A stretch of 64,000 nucleotides of DNA. Origin: Asterias rubens. Its lineage: Eukaryota. Position 1 is the first letter of the stretch, and the number at the start of each line of letters is the position of its first letter. Made by a program: the position numbers and the translations under genes. Location: positions 12,586,001-12,650,000 of the forward strand of contig NC_047081.1 in the NCBI RefSeq assembly GCF_902459465.1, read 5' to 3'. The notes beneath the pieces were generated by a model. The model worked only from the letters and a program-made list of their open reading frames with translations. It was not told the DNA's origin and searched no databases. Positions 26,307 through 39,137 of this stretch are shown here, one piece after another.

Positions 26307-27352
26307 TTTAATAAAACGGTGTTTTTTAAATAGTTCTCGTTTTTAATAAGTCAACTCAAAGACCTACATATTTCTGCAGTTTGTATTAAAACAAAATTGA
26401 GAGAAGTATCTGGCACAGGAAATATTTGTAATGTGATTCTTATGGCGCAGCTGAGAACTGAACAACATAGGAAATCAGCTGAATGTTGCCTGCCTGATAT
26501 TATTGTGGTCTGGGCAGTTAATAGTTGGTCAGCATGAGTCGGGCATACTGTTCGATTAGGAGTCCACAAGTTTGGAATTAACAAAAAGTCCTGTAAAAAA
26601 ATCAGCTAAAAGAGGTTTTTAACAGAATGTTTTTGAAATAAACAAGTTGATTAAATCACTCATTACAATGTTACTATTAACCATTCGTTCTTGAATACAT
26701 AGTTTATTGACATCTTGATTAAGTATTAAAAGTTCTTTTCAAATATTATATGGAAAGATACAAACCTTTTTACTAGTGGAAGTACTTTAGTATTTACTAA
26801 AATATAAAAGTATAAATTCATGCCATACATTGTTCCTGCATTAGGCTTGAAATTTGTAAAAAATATAATGTATTTTTTCAAAAACTATTTTAATGGAAAT
26901 TACAAAGCCCATGGGCACGTAAACAATTGCCTGCGTTACACAACAATACACATGTTACATCTGTGGAGTATCAGGGTCCACCATGATTCCTAGTCAAATG
27001 CTCCTAACACTCAATCTTGTTCTTGATATATTTATCAACATTTCAGTATTAAAATTTCAAAAGCTACCTTTCAATCCTGTTATTTTTGTCCTCATCCATA
27101 CTAGAAAGTTAATTAGTTACAGCTGTTAATACATGGTTAAAGGGAAGTTACATGTATATATTTGGTAATTACTCCCGAAATCAATTACATATTTAAATAA
27201 TACTTGGTAAAGAGCATTAGAGAGCTGTTGATAACTTTGCTAGAATCGACGTTTGAAGTGATAGACTTTGAGAGGGAATAATCCTCCACTAAAAAAAATG
27301 AATCTAAGAAACTACCAAAAAATACCCTCCCTTTGAACCTGAGCAAAAAGAA

Positions 27353-27559
27353 TTAACCAGTCCTTCTGATTTGAGGTGTGCGATCGCACCCGCATGCCAT
27401 AAAAGCTTACCCAGGAGTGCGAATAATCACACGCCTGATCCCTCTAAAATACACGCCTCGGCATTCAGTTTTGGCGTAACCAAAATCACACCCCTCGTGA
27501 AAATCCAGGTGTGTTTTTATCTACACGCCTGTGATTTTCAAATCAGAAGGACTGATTAA
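27353..27559. mobile_element. TTAA-flanked MITE
   Basis: ttaa-ccagtccttctgatttga...tcaaatcagaaggactga-ttaa; internal acacgcct repeats. Confidence 0.7.
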
Positions 27560-27882
27560 CTGAAGTTAAAAAAAAGTTGTTAAAGAGTTCGTAAAACATA
27601 GAATCTGTTAGTAAACATACGCAACATTGAGTTTCCTTGGTGGCATCGTTTCATCTTATAAAAAAAAACCACGAGTTTGGTAATGATTGTATTGCACCCT
27701 GACAACTGAAGAAAGTGTACATGTAACATTTGGCATAAGCCCTCGTTACAAGTCTAGTACGGCTTTATTTGGTTTAAAGCACACGTAACAGTTTTAACAA
27801 ATTCTTTTCCCTTGGTAGGCCTCAAGGATATCAGTATCTATGCACTTCTGCTGTATTGCCTGACCTCAATTCCTAAAATTCT

Positions 27883-28165
27883 TGCATCACTTTGTTTACG
27901 TTGAACTTATATTGATTGTATTGGTTGAGGAGTTTGGAAATAGTTGTTGAATTGAATTGAGCTGTGTGCTTGTGAATTATAGATTATTTGGCTTTCCAAA
28001 AACAAAACAAAAAGAGAGAAATAGCTGCATCACTTTGTTTACGTTGAATTTATATTTATTGTATTGGTTGAGGAGTTTGGAAATAAATGTTGAATTGAAT
28101 TGAGTTGTTGAATTGAATTGAGCTGTGTGCTTGTGAATTATAGATTATTTGGCTTTTAAAATCAA
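27883..28165. repeat. Tandem duplication, period about 143 bp
   Basis: tgcatcactttgtttacgttgaa...gagctgtgtgcttgtgaattatagattatttggctt starts at 27883 and again at 28026; the second copy has an extra gttgaattgaattgag unit. Confidence 0.85.
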
Positions 28166-29445
28166 AAGAAAACAGAGGAATGGCGTTAAAGTAATTGATG
28201 TTGAAAGGTTTGATTCTGTCAATGAGTTGTCAGAAATTATTCATGATAGTCTAGAAAAAATTAAGTTCTAAAAATTAAGTTTTCTTTGTAGCGGCTGAGG
28301 AGCATGTCTTGATTTTGAAACAGGACGTGATCCAACTGTGTGAGGTGATAATAGGGTGACCTTTTAGGAGTGATTCGATGTTTAAGTTAGCAGGATTGGA
28401 TAGTTTGACAACATTTCTCAAATTCATTTTTCTTGGAACTTATTTCTCAAAAACTACAGCACCTCAGCAAGTAATAGTTTAAGGGAAGCTTTCTACTATC
28501 ATTATCTTCAAACTGTTAATATTTTAACGTCAATCTGTGGACATTGTGTAAAAAGTACCCAGACCAAATGTCGTTTTAAAAACTTTACAATACATAAACT
28601 CAATGTAAAAAATAATATTGGTATTCCAGTTGGTCAAATATTTCAATTTTCGGTTATGCAAGTGTAGTAGTTTTCACTCCCCCAAAATTAGAGACCATGG
28701 GAAGTATCCATTTCAATCGAGATTTAATCCATTTCATTTGGTTTAAAACAAGTTTGTTTGACATGAAAAGAGATCATCACTGGAGTTGAAAGGCATAAAT
28801 AATAAACAATTGTTCATCAGGCATGCAACTGCAACTTTAAAAAAAAAAAAGAGGAAATTTAAAAAATTCCAAAGATTTTGTATAGTATTTTTTTATTTTG
28901 AATGGTAAAACCGAGATTAAAAAAATAGGAAATCGGCTGATCCGAGGAAAAGTTGCATGCCTCGTTCATGGATAACATAATACAAGCAAAATAAATACGG
29001 AGTTGTTATTTAAATCCTTGTTATTATTATTTTGTCAATGTTGTAATTAATTGCTCTACACAGGTAGAAGATTGTTGATCTTGCACAGGAATCAACATTT
29101 TAGGTTTTCATTTAAATTGTTTGATAATACTTATCATTAATATTCTGTGTTGACATTCATGACACTTGATACCAAATCTAATTGCCAAAACTCAAAGCTG
29201 AATTTATTTGCTCATCAACTCAATGAGAAGCATTTTCAAATAACATCTAATTTATAGACCTTAGATTTTAAGTATTATTTTCTCAACATACTAGTGTTTG
29301 GTGCCTGGTTTTGGCATGGCATCACATTGGCTGTTATAAGTTTTGTACCGGTAACTCAATTTTTTAATGAAAGTCACCTTTAAAGACTTGGTTTGCTCAA
29401 AAGTGTTTGTTAAACTAAGCATCTCTTAAGTAATCCTCCAAGATT

Positions 29446-32400
29446 TCACATCTCTGAGTCACTGAGTAATGCAGTTGTCTCACCTATACTATCCCTTCCT
29501 GGTTCTCTTGACCTTTGACCATTCTGATTAAAAAGGTCATCTGGAGGTAATTCAGGTTGAAGGTCCGAGGGGCGATCTTCTACATACCTGTATTGCTCTG
29601 CTATGAGTAGAAAGACCAGGAAGTTAAGGAACATTATTCCCGCCAGGAGGAGGAAGAAATACTCCAAATGGCCGTTGTTGATTTCATTTGGGATCCATTC
29701 AGCTCCTGGGGGAAAGATTTGCAATGGATATCAGTTCTACTGCTCATACTCTTACATACATATTTACTGTGACTCAGTCTTTGCTGAGCAAAGTGTGATG
29801 TCACAATACTAATCACCGTGATATTGATTAATCATCTAATGAAGCCCAGCCAAGTACTTTTAATCTTAAGGTTGATGCGTGAGGCCATTAAAAAAACTAG
29901 TGCAATGGGATTTTGATACAATCAGTTGAGCCAGATTGTGGCATGGCAATGGAACTACGTAGAACAATTTCAAACACAGGAACAGGAATAGTGTTATTTA
30001 TCTTTTAAGGCCTTCTCACACACAACAATTTTAACAAGGAGGTTAGGAAATGCATCGCCTTTAATGTCTTACCAAATGTGATGGCATTGACAACAGTTAC
30101 CAGCAATGAGCCTAAATAGCTGCCGAGACCTGAGGCCAGTAGGCAGAATCCCATGATAACACCTTGCATTGATACAGGAGCCTGTGAATACGCAAACTCT
30201 AGACCTAATAACAAGAACAAAAATTACAATCACATTCATGTATCTACAGAAGCAAACATTTGGATTATTAATTTGTTATTTCTGATTGCAAATTTTACAA
30301 TGTTGCAGTACCCCCCCGACAAAAAAAGGATTGAACTGCCTCGAGCTACCAGGGCAATCTTGGTCTAGTGGTAAGGCACTGCTCTATAAAAGTTAAGGTC
30401 TTGGGTTCAACACCAACTCTTATTATGCAAGACCGGAAAGTAGGGCCTACTGAGTAACACACATCAGAGTAGGGTGAAGAGACAAATACATAATAATCTA
30501 ACAATTACAAACATATCTTGCACTGTTTATTGGTGACTTTTTTTGCCTATCAAGCACATCCAGCTTTAGTGAATTGGGCCAAGAAGTCTAAAAATGTTAA
30601 TTGAATGTTCTCAATTTGTCCATTTTTGTTTCTTCCATAATAGGAAAATAACAGAAATACTCACTTGTAATGCTTGCAAACACCTCACTTGCCCCGATGA
30701 ATGTATACTGTGGGATCTGAGCAAAGACAGACAGATCTGATGCATTGAAGATTTTACCAGCCACTTCTTGTTGAATGTAGCCACTCTTCTGTATGTCTGC
30801 TTTACGAGCAAACTCAATAGAAGCTGCTACTATCATGGACACAACGGCTAAGACCATCCCTACACCTACAATTTGCAATCAATTACAATTTTTTAAAGCT
30901 TGAACATTTGTTTATGACTCTGATTCGAGAGATCTGTTGGGGCCTTGAACATTTGGTATAAATTCTCCAAAGTCTTCAGCATTTGCATTGTTTGTTACCC
31001 TTTTGCAGATTAATGAAGGATAAATGGCCTTTGTAGTGACCTTCTTTAAAAGTGCTCATACCTTCCAGTTCCGGTTTTTTTGGCAATAATATAATATATG
31101 TATTTTCTTTTTTTGAGGGGGAGAGGGGGAAGGGGTGTGGTGATAGCTTTCTAACTTCACTCAAGGTGTAAACTTCTACCTAAGTCTTGCTTTTTCAATG
31201 CAAAGTAGAAAATAAAGTTTTATTGTGGACTTTTGGACCATTGAGGTTTTTTTTCCCTTTACTTACCGATTCGTTTCAGCTGAGACAGTGGATATCCCTT
31301 TCTGGCGAGGTATTGGTAAAGGAACCGGTCGACGAAAGGTACCAGTATGAGAATGATTAATGTGTTAAATAGGTTGAGTCCAGCCACTGGTATGGTGAAG
31401 CCGTTATACATCAAACGCATCCGTTCACCTTGTAGAAGATAGGTTGTATTCATCTGAAAATGATCAAAGTAAATTAAGTGTTTGTCTTATTTCACACAAC
31501 TATTCGAACAGTACATCTAAGATGGTCGGACACTTTAAAAAGAAATTATTTGTTGTAGTTTATTAGATAATTAATTACTTTTAATAAATACCTGAAAATA
31601 AACAGTCCAATAAAAAATCAGGACTAGGAATATAGGGATAAGTCTTCCCAGTGATTTAACTTCCTCTACTTTGACGTCTGAAAAGTGACCGCCATAGGAT
31701 GTCTTGGCCCGATCCAGCCAACTGTAGCTTGTTACACCAGCTGGTTTGGGTTTTCGAATCTGAGACAAGCCTTGGAAGATGATCTTGGCAACAGTGTTGA
31801 AGACACTCCCTAATCAGAGACGAATAAAGAGAGTGAGAGATCATCTTTGATACTTTTGTACTTGGGACTTTGGACATCTGCTGTAAATTTATGGCAACGT
31901 ATGTTGGGAAAAGTGATTGGATGAAAAAAGTCCTGTCTAAACTAAATGTTTACAGGATAGCTAAATCATTCTGTAACAAATGATGCAAGTTTAGCCAGCA
32001 ATCAATACAAATAATTATTAACAAAATATTCAACCATATTATACAGCTCAGTAGATTCAGATACAAGGTTCAAAAGGCAAAGGCATACACGTACATGTCA
32101 TTTCTTCTAAAATGCCATGAAAATATTCTCAACTGCTCAACAAAATTTTTGGTCTGATTATTTTCAATGGTACATATACCTTCAGGTGGCCTCATTCGAT
32201 ACCATTTACGTCCAATCATGAGAACCACAATTGCCAAGATTATTGAAACTGCAGGGATGGCAAATCCAACATCAAACCCAATCTCTTGTTGGACATAGGC
32301 GACACCAGAGAATGCAATGGCAGATCCAACATTGATAAACCAGTAGAACCTAAAAGTGTCACAATAATGTTTTAAAAGTAATTGTTAGCTTAAAGGCAGT

Positions 32401-33441
32401 GGACACGATTAGTAATTACTCAAAACAAACATTAGCATAACACCTCACTTGGTAACAAGTAATGGGGAGCTGTTGATAGTATACAAAATTGTGAGACACG
32501 GCTCCCTCTGAAGTAACATATAGTTTTGGAGAAAGATAATTTTCATGAATTTGATTTCGAGACCTCGGCATTAGATTTTGAGGTTTCGAAATCAAATCTC
32601 AAAGCATACTAACTTTGTGTGACAAGGGTGTTTTTTCTTCCATTATTATCTCGCAACTTCGATGACCAATTGAGTTCAGATTTTCACAGGTTTGTTATTT
32701 TGTGCATATGTTGGGATACACCAAGTGAGAAGACTGGTCTTTGACAATTACTAATAGGGCCTAGTGTCCAGTGTCTTTTAAAGCAGCTCTATGAAATTTC
32801 GTAGAGCTTCTGAAAGCTAAAAACATGGTGCTGAAAACAGTTCTGCTTAGGAAAAACAAGCATAACAAGTTACAAACTGTACTTGAGATGGGATAGGCAT
32901 ACACCTACAGTTTACCCTTTGCTGGTGAAAACTTTAATTTGAGCCTAAAGGTAATTTTTGTACTTTTAAAGCAAACCAACAACGTTGGACTTTGGTACTT
33001 ACCAATTAAAAAAGGATTTCACAGCACCTTCTCCCAGATCATCTAGTTGTTGAGCACCAAACGGTCCAACGTTAGATTTAATACCACCAGTACCAATAGC
33101 AATGAGGGTTAACCCACAGATAAAGAAGCCTTGTTTCTGCCCTACTGTCAGACCTAGAGTTTGGCCAAACTGGGTGTAGTCAATTGAGATAACTGGGAGG
33201 ATTGTTGTTCCTGTAGATCAGAAATAATACAAGATTGATCAGGTTGAAAAACAAACCACAAGGGAAACTAACTGTATGGAGTGAACAATAAAAAGATGAC
33301 TTGTGTCAGAGTTGGATTGGAACCTGTTGCCCCTTTATGAATCAGATGTTATCCTTTGTTTTGCTTTTATAATGTTTAGGGTTTTTGCCTTTTTAATGTA
33401 CAGCGCCTTTGAGCATTTTTTGGGATATGGCGCTTTATAAA

Positions 33442-33507
<66 letters not shown>

Positions 33508-34843
33508 CTTTATTATTATTATTGCAGTCTGCAGGTTTAAATCCTGCTCTACGATGCAGTCAAAAGTTGTCTATGTTCACCCTTATTTCTATATCTGACA
33601 GGAAAAGTTGTCTATATTCACCCTTATTTCTATATATGACAGGAAAAGCTGTCTATGTTCACCCTTATTTCTATATCTGACAGGAAAAGCTGTCTATGTT
33701 CACCATTATTTCTGTATCTGACAGGAAAAGTTGTCTATGTTCACACTTATTTCTATATCTGACAGGAAAAGTTGTCTATATTCACCCTTATTTCTGTATC
33801 TGACAGGAAAAGTTGTCTATATTCACCCTTATTTCTGTATCTGACAGGAAAAGTTGTCTATGTTCACCCTTATTTCTGTATCTGACATGTCTGACAGGAA
33901 CAATTTTCTTTGTTCACACTTATTTCTGTATCTGACAGGAAAAGTTTTCTATGTTCACCCTTAACATGCTTAATGCTGTATCTCACAGGAACAATTATCT
34001 ATGTTCAACCTTATTTCTGCTCACAGGAACAATTTTCTTTGTTCACCCTTATTTCTGTGTCTCACAGGAAAAGATTCTTTGTTCACCCTTATTTCTGTAT
34101 CACAGAAAAGTTTTCTATGTTCACCCTTATTTCAGTATCTCACAGGTAAAACCTTTGTACACAAGAAAAGATAAACTCCTGGAAAACATTCCGAGAAAAA
34201 AACATGTAGACCCCATAATACTTGATGACTGATTGTTCTTGTTTACACATTAACTTCCCTTTAACCTCTAAACTGATTGTCAAATTCTCAGTTCTCTTGT
34301 AAAAGTTTGAGATACCAAACGTTAATTTCACAAAGCACTAAGATTCATATTTTAAGATGTTGTCAATTGGCCACTTTATAGTGATTTGTGTCACTTAACA
34401 GACAGCATATCTTGCTCCAAGTTCATGGCACTGCTCTGTAAGTGAAATTACTAACAAAGTATAGGCTTACCTAAACAGTAGATGAGAGCAGCTCCAAATA
34501 TTGCATTGAATTTCCCTGAGATGGAGTCGGCAATCCATCCTCCAAACACAGGCACAAAATACGAGGTACCTGTGAAGATGAATGCAACGGTTGTGGCATC
34601 AGCACTAGTGTACTGCAACTCATTGGTGCAATACAGAACCAAGTTTCCCCCGATGCTGTAGTATGTCAGTCGTTCACAGAGCTCACAACACAGAATGCAT
34701 AGTACTACACCGATACGATCTCGCCGAATACCAGTTGATTTTGTACTATCTGATATTTCAACGTCAGATACGTTTGCTTTCATTTTCCTGTTTGGTTGAG
34801 GATAGTTTGAATTTGCACCAATCTCTTTATAAATGTTGGACAT
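29446..34843 (-). CDS. SLC15A4: Solute carrier family 15 (POT/PTR2) proton-coupled peptide/histidine transporter, SLC15A4-like, about 582 aa
   Basis: Exons 34471-34843, 33003-33210, 32180-32349, 31592-31809, 31267-31453, 30665-30865, 30073-30204, 29446-29705 total 1749 nt, in phase. ExxER motif ELCERLTYY, PTR2 signature GTGGIKSNVGPFGAQQ, FFNWFYWFINVGS, QIPQYTFIGASEVF, LEFAYSQAPVSMQG. Confidence 0.93.
32390..32781. mobile_element. TTAA-flanked Kolobok-like non-autonomous element, copy 1
   Basis: ttaa|aggcagtggacac...gtgtccagtgtct|ttaa; interior closely matches the copies at 35781 and 40967. Confidence 0.8.
33443..33522. repeat. (TTA)n microsatellite at the end of a LINE/SINE-type 3' tail
   Basis: Long TTA run preceded by cagcgcctttgagc...ggcgctttataaat; explains the spurious poly-Leu ORF 33441..33680. 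Confidence 0.9.
33562..34146. repeat. 41-bp minisatellite, about 14 copies, in an SLC15 intron
   Basis: Unit ctatgttcacccttatttctatatctgacaggaaaagttgt starts at 33571, 33612, 33653 and onward, degenerating rightwards. Confidence 0.9.
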
Positions 34844-35780
34844 TCTTCATGCGGCGCACAAATTGTGTCCAAACACAAATGCGTGTTCAATCATGTAGGC
34901 ATCTGCACATAAAATGAGACAAACCTGTGGAAGAAAAGAAATTAATTTAGAAAGTTCAGAAAAGGATGTACGTCTTAAACGTTGCTTTTAAACCTACGAA
35001 AGTCAGTACAGGCCATGCATGTAATTTTTTTCTTTGACTTTGAGAGGGCAATGCAAAGTATGGGTCTGTGAGAAACTTTTCAAGAGGCACCAAGGCCAAA
35101 CCAGGGCAACAAGAGGCCATGGCCTTTGTAGCTGGTGTGTGATTCCAGACATTTCAAGGTTTATCCTATAACCAAGTTAAAAAAAATTACATAAAAAATG
35201 GAAACAAGTTAACACTCCGCACCAATGGACGTGCACACAGTATGAGGAAGTAAACTTGAACAATAATTCACAAGGTTAATATCAATGTCACTTGTCTTTA
35301 TGTCAACACATCATGTGATGTGACATTATTTTCATCAGCCAGGATTCCATTTCCATCCGCAGTGTGAGTTACAACCATTGGGAAAAACCAGAGTGACTGA
35401 TTAGTCATGTGGTCCGAGGTTAGAGCGATGTTTCAGTTACAATGTTGCCGTGTTGAAACATTGGAACATGTGTGCATAAAGCTTCTAGATCTAACCCCAC
35501 AACTTACACAACTACATGTAGTTGTGTTTACAAACTCCCACAAGTTGGGCTAGGATTAGCTAGCATACAGTTCAAGAAAACGCAACAACCGCAGCATGCC
35601 AATACAACACACACAAATAGCGCGCTAATTGGCAACCCACACACAGCTAGCCGTTTGTCAAGCGCGCGCGCCCGCCACCCCAGACATCACACACACAAAC
35701 ATACAAGCGTGCGCGTTGGTCTTGTATGTACGTGGTATCTGTGGGCGCGCCTTGACTTCACACACAAGCGAAACACGTTC

Positions 35781-36030
35781 TTAAAGGCAGTGGACACTAT
35801 CGGTAATTGTCAAAGACTAACCTTCACAGCTAGTTGGTGTATCTCAACATGCATAAAATAACAAATCTGTGAAAATTTGAGCTCAATTGGTCATCAAACT
35901 TGGGATCTAATAATGAAAGAAAAAAACACCCTTGTCAAGAAGTTCTGTGCATAGATGGTTGATTTCGTGACCTCAAGTTCTAGTAAATCTAAGGTCTCGA
36001 AATCAAATTCGTGGAAAATTACTTCTTTTT
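35781..36030. mobile_element. Kolobok-like non-autonomous element, truncated copy 2 in opposite orientation
   Basis: Begins ttaaaggcagtggacactatcggtaattgtcaaagact, the reverse complement of the right end of the 40967 copy. Confidence 0.75.
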
Positions 36031-36429
36031 AGACAGATTCACCATCAGTCTCTTGCTTGAAAAGAGTGATGTATAAAAAAATGTAGAAATGGTATAAATA
36101 AATAATATGTATTTGACAAGTAAACAGCGCCATAATACGATATAGCCCAAGTATCATTATCATGGCTCATTCTGCTTCTGGTTTCTACATAAGCAGTAGT
36201 ACTCAGTAAAATAGAACTTAGAAGTATTACATTCATATTTGTAGCCTCATGCTCCAACTACTGTCAACCATAACGTAACCCACCTGCCGACGGCGTAGTT
36301 ACTGTGTAAAAGCAAAAGCATTATAAAAAAAATTAAAAGAGTGGTCTTTTCTAAGCAAACTCGACCTTCCCATATCATTATCATAATTATTTATTCAAAA
36401 ATCTTGTTATCAAGTAAAAAAACATTTAC

Positions 36430-36780
36430 CGTAAGAAAGAACCTGCTCCAACCTTGCTCGTCTCTCGAGAGTATTACAGCATGGTGTGTGGCTTCCGTCC
36501 TTGTTTATGAACATAAGTGAAACTTGTTTTTGGTTTTTAGCACATGTAATACACTTGACTTGACCGGTAGCTCTGGCTGAACCGCACTACACTGATCATA
36601 GCATGCACTGACCATGGAGGTTTATTCATCCATGCACTGACATGGAGGAAGGACTGATGATCAGCTGACGCGCATTGTTGATATCTGAAGTGTGTCATGT
36701 GACCCCGACGCCCGCCCGCTGCGTGAACCCAGCCTCAAAACATTGAATCGATTCTGTAAAACCGAACACCCGGAAGTAAA
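36430..36780 (-). promoter_or_regulatory. Putative non-coding first exon and promoter of the SLC15 gene, with an ETS-type site
   Basis: Donor cttacg|gtaaat at 36429/36430; CpG-richer segment; CCGGAAGT at 36770-36777; matching acceptor ccacag| at 34924 upstream of the ATG. Confidence 0.4.
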
Positions 36781-37542
36781 AAAGCGATTAGCAGGAAACG
36801 AATGCAATTGCAAAATAAATGCGTATTTTTCCCAAAAAACATGACAATCGCCCCGCCCCGCCCCCTAAAATATTTGACCACTCGAAAAGTAATTATAAAA
36901 TGAGTCAATGTAAAATTAACCCAACCACGTATCCAGTGATCTTTATCAAAGTTTGGTTGTTTTATTTTCTACATTTTTCCTTTATACAGGTAAGTTTAGT
37001 AGCAAGGAACAGAAAAGACTACATGATAGTTGAATAAGTCAATGAAGTGTAAACAATTCTGATTTATAATGGGATAGTTTCAGGGTGCACAATCATGTCA
37101 CAGGTGTGGATGCTGTTAAGAATGAGGTATTTAGACAATTTCAGTATTTGTCTGTTTGTATGGAGTCAGTGGGCCATCAAATACAAGATTGTGGGTGCTA
37201 TTTTTCCATTTTCAAACATCATTTGGCTATCATAATATGAGAGGTTTGCAGTATTACCAGTGTGAATAACACGTTTGAGTAGTGTTGGTTTTGAAACTAT
37301 GTACATGTACTCCTAAGTGATATTCACATCTAGTGTTTACTGCAAACCTTTTATACTTCCAGCATGCATAACATAATTTGGGGGGCAAGAAGTTTCTTAA
37401 AGCACAGTATCAAGAAACAAATAAACCATCTTGCAGAAGGCTGCACTTAAGAATGTAATGCAAACCCAGATCATAGAGAAGTAAGCCTACATGTGGATGT
37501 CCGAGTCACAAAGTCTCAAATAGAGTCCCAAAAAGTCTGCAA

Positions 37543-39137
37543 TTAATCAGCTTTTACAGTTTTAAACCAGTTTTGCAGTTTGATCAACAGATGTGGTAAA
37601 ATAGAATCAAGCAATGACATTCCTTTTACTGTAGCTCTTAATCCAAACTGATCCATTACAATTAGCCCTCCCTTCATAAAATCATCAACTGCATCCCCAT
37701 CAAACACCTCCCTGAGGCTTGTGACATTACTAAACTGTCCCCAGCGATGGTTTGTGACACCCTTACTTGTTCTCAACCCCACCATCAAATATTCCTGGAG
37801 GACATCAAGTTGCGACTGGATGACCCGTTTCCTTGTTCCGTGTCCGTATTTAAGGACTTCACGCATCCACGGTTCTGGTTCTAGAGTTTGTATCCTTGCT
37901 TCACGGTTTACCTGTACAGGCTGTAGGTTAAGCTGGTTGGGATTCCAATTATCATGACCTTGTATTTTGACAGATGGTATTCGTTTAGCCGTAGGATTCC
38001 TTAATATAAATCTACCATGGGCTCCTGGTCCAATGCCAATGTACTGACCCCCATCCCAGTAAGATTGATTGTGAAGACTCTCAAAGCCTTCCCTTGCAAA
38101 GTTAGACACCTCATATCTGTTCAGTCTCTCATTAGCCATTATCTCCACAGCTAACTCATACATATCAGCAGTTACATCCTCAGAAGGGAAGTCAACAGCA
38201 CCGACTTCAAACATCTTAAATAAAGCTGTGCCTCTTTCCAGGGTGAGTTGGTAGAGAGATACGTGGTTATCACATATTTGAGTAACTTCCTGTAGTTCTT
38301 TTTCCCAGGTGGACAGTCTCTGTCCCGGACGCCCAAAGATGACATCGATTGATACTCGTCCTGGAAAGAGTCTTCTGGCTTCTTCAATGCACTTTCTTGA
38401 TTCATCTGATGTATGATCTCTCCCTAGCAACTGCAGATCCTTATCATTCAAAGCCTGCACACCAAGTGAGACTCTGTTAATACCTGCACAAAATAAACAC
38501 AAATATTTGATTATAACAATTTTCTTGTATATAAACTTGTTACAATGTAATAAGTTACTTTTGAGAGCAATTTTGTTATTAGACTGTAATGTAATTTTGC
38601 TTGACAACCTGCTAGCTTGAATTCCAAGAGTTTGATGCGTCCCACTGAAGTAGGGTTTCCTTCCATGCTAACTTCTGCATCATTGGGCAAACTCACCACA
38701 CCAGAAACAGCTTCCAAAATGGCAGACAAAGTTTTTGGCTGGGCCAAACTTGGTGTTCCTCCCCCAAAGAATACTGACTTGATGCGTTTGACTCCACTTT
38801 CTTGGATCAGTGTCTTGGCCTCTCTGACAAGACATTGCTGCATTTTGTCATTGTCAACATTACTTCTGATGTACTTGTTGAAGTTACAATACGTGCACCG
38901 TCTCTGGCAATAGGGCCAATGGACATAGAGTGTGGCTTCTTCTGACCAATGAGTGGTTTGCAAATGTTGATCAGGTACATCTAGCACATTTTCATTTGCT
39001 TTATTATGATGAAACTTCCTCCGGTGGTTGTTGAAACAAAGAAGACCTACTGTTCCGCTGACCTCTGGAAATGAATTGCGTGCAAACAATTTCAACAAGT
39101 GTGAAAAACTCAAGCGTTGTGACATGAGAAAATGCAT
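37543..39137 (-). CDS. RSAD1: Radical SAM domain-containing protein 1, mitochondrial (HemW-like heme chaperone), about 489 aa
   Basis: Two exons, 38609-39137 and 37543-38483, separated by a 125-bp GT-AG intron. [17 protein letters not shown] (CxxxCxxC), [46 protein letters not shown]...HNQSYW...[11 protein letters not shown]. Confidence 0.95.

Noticed and set aside
33441-33680. Poly-Leu ORF
   Set aside because: Translation artefact of the (TTA)n microsatellite. The poly-Leu ORF 47727..47924 is likewise the antisense of the NF-kB polyQ.
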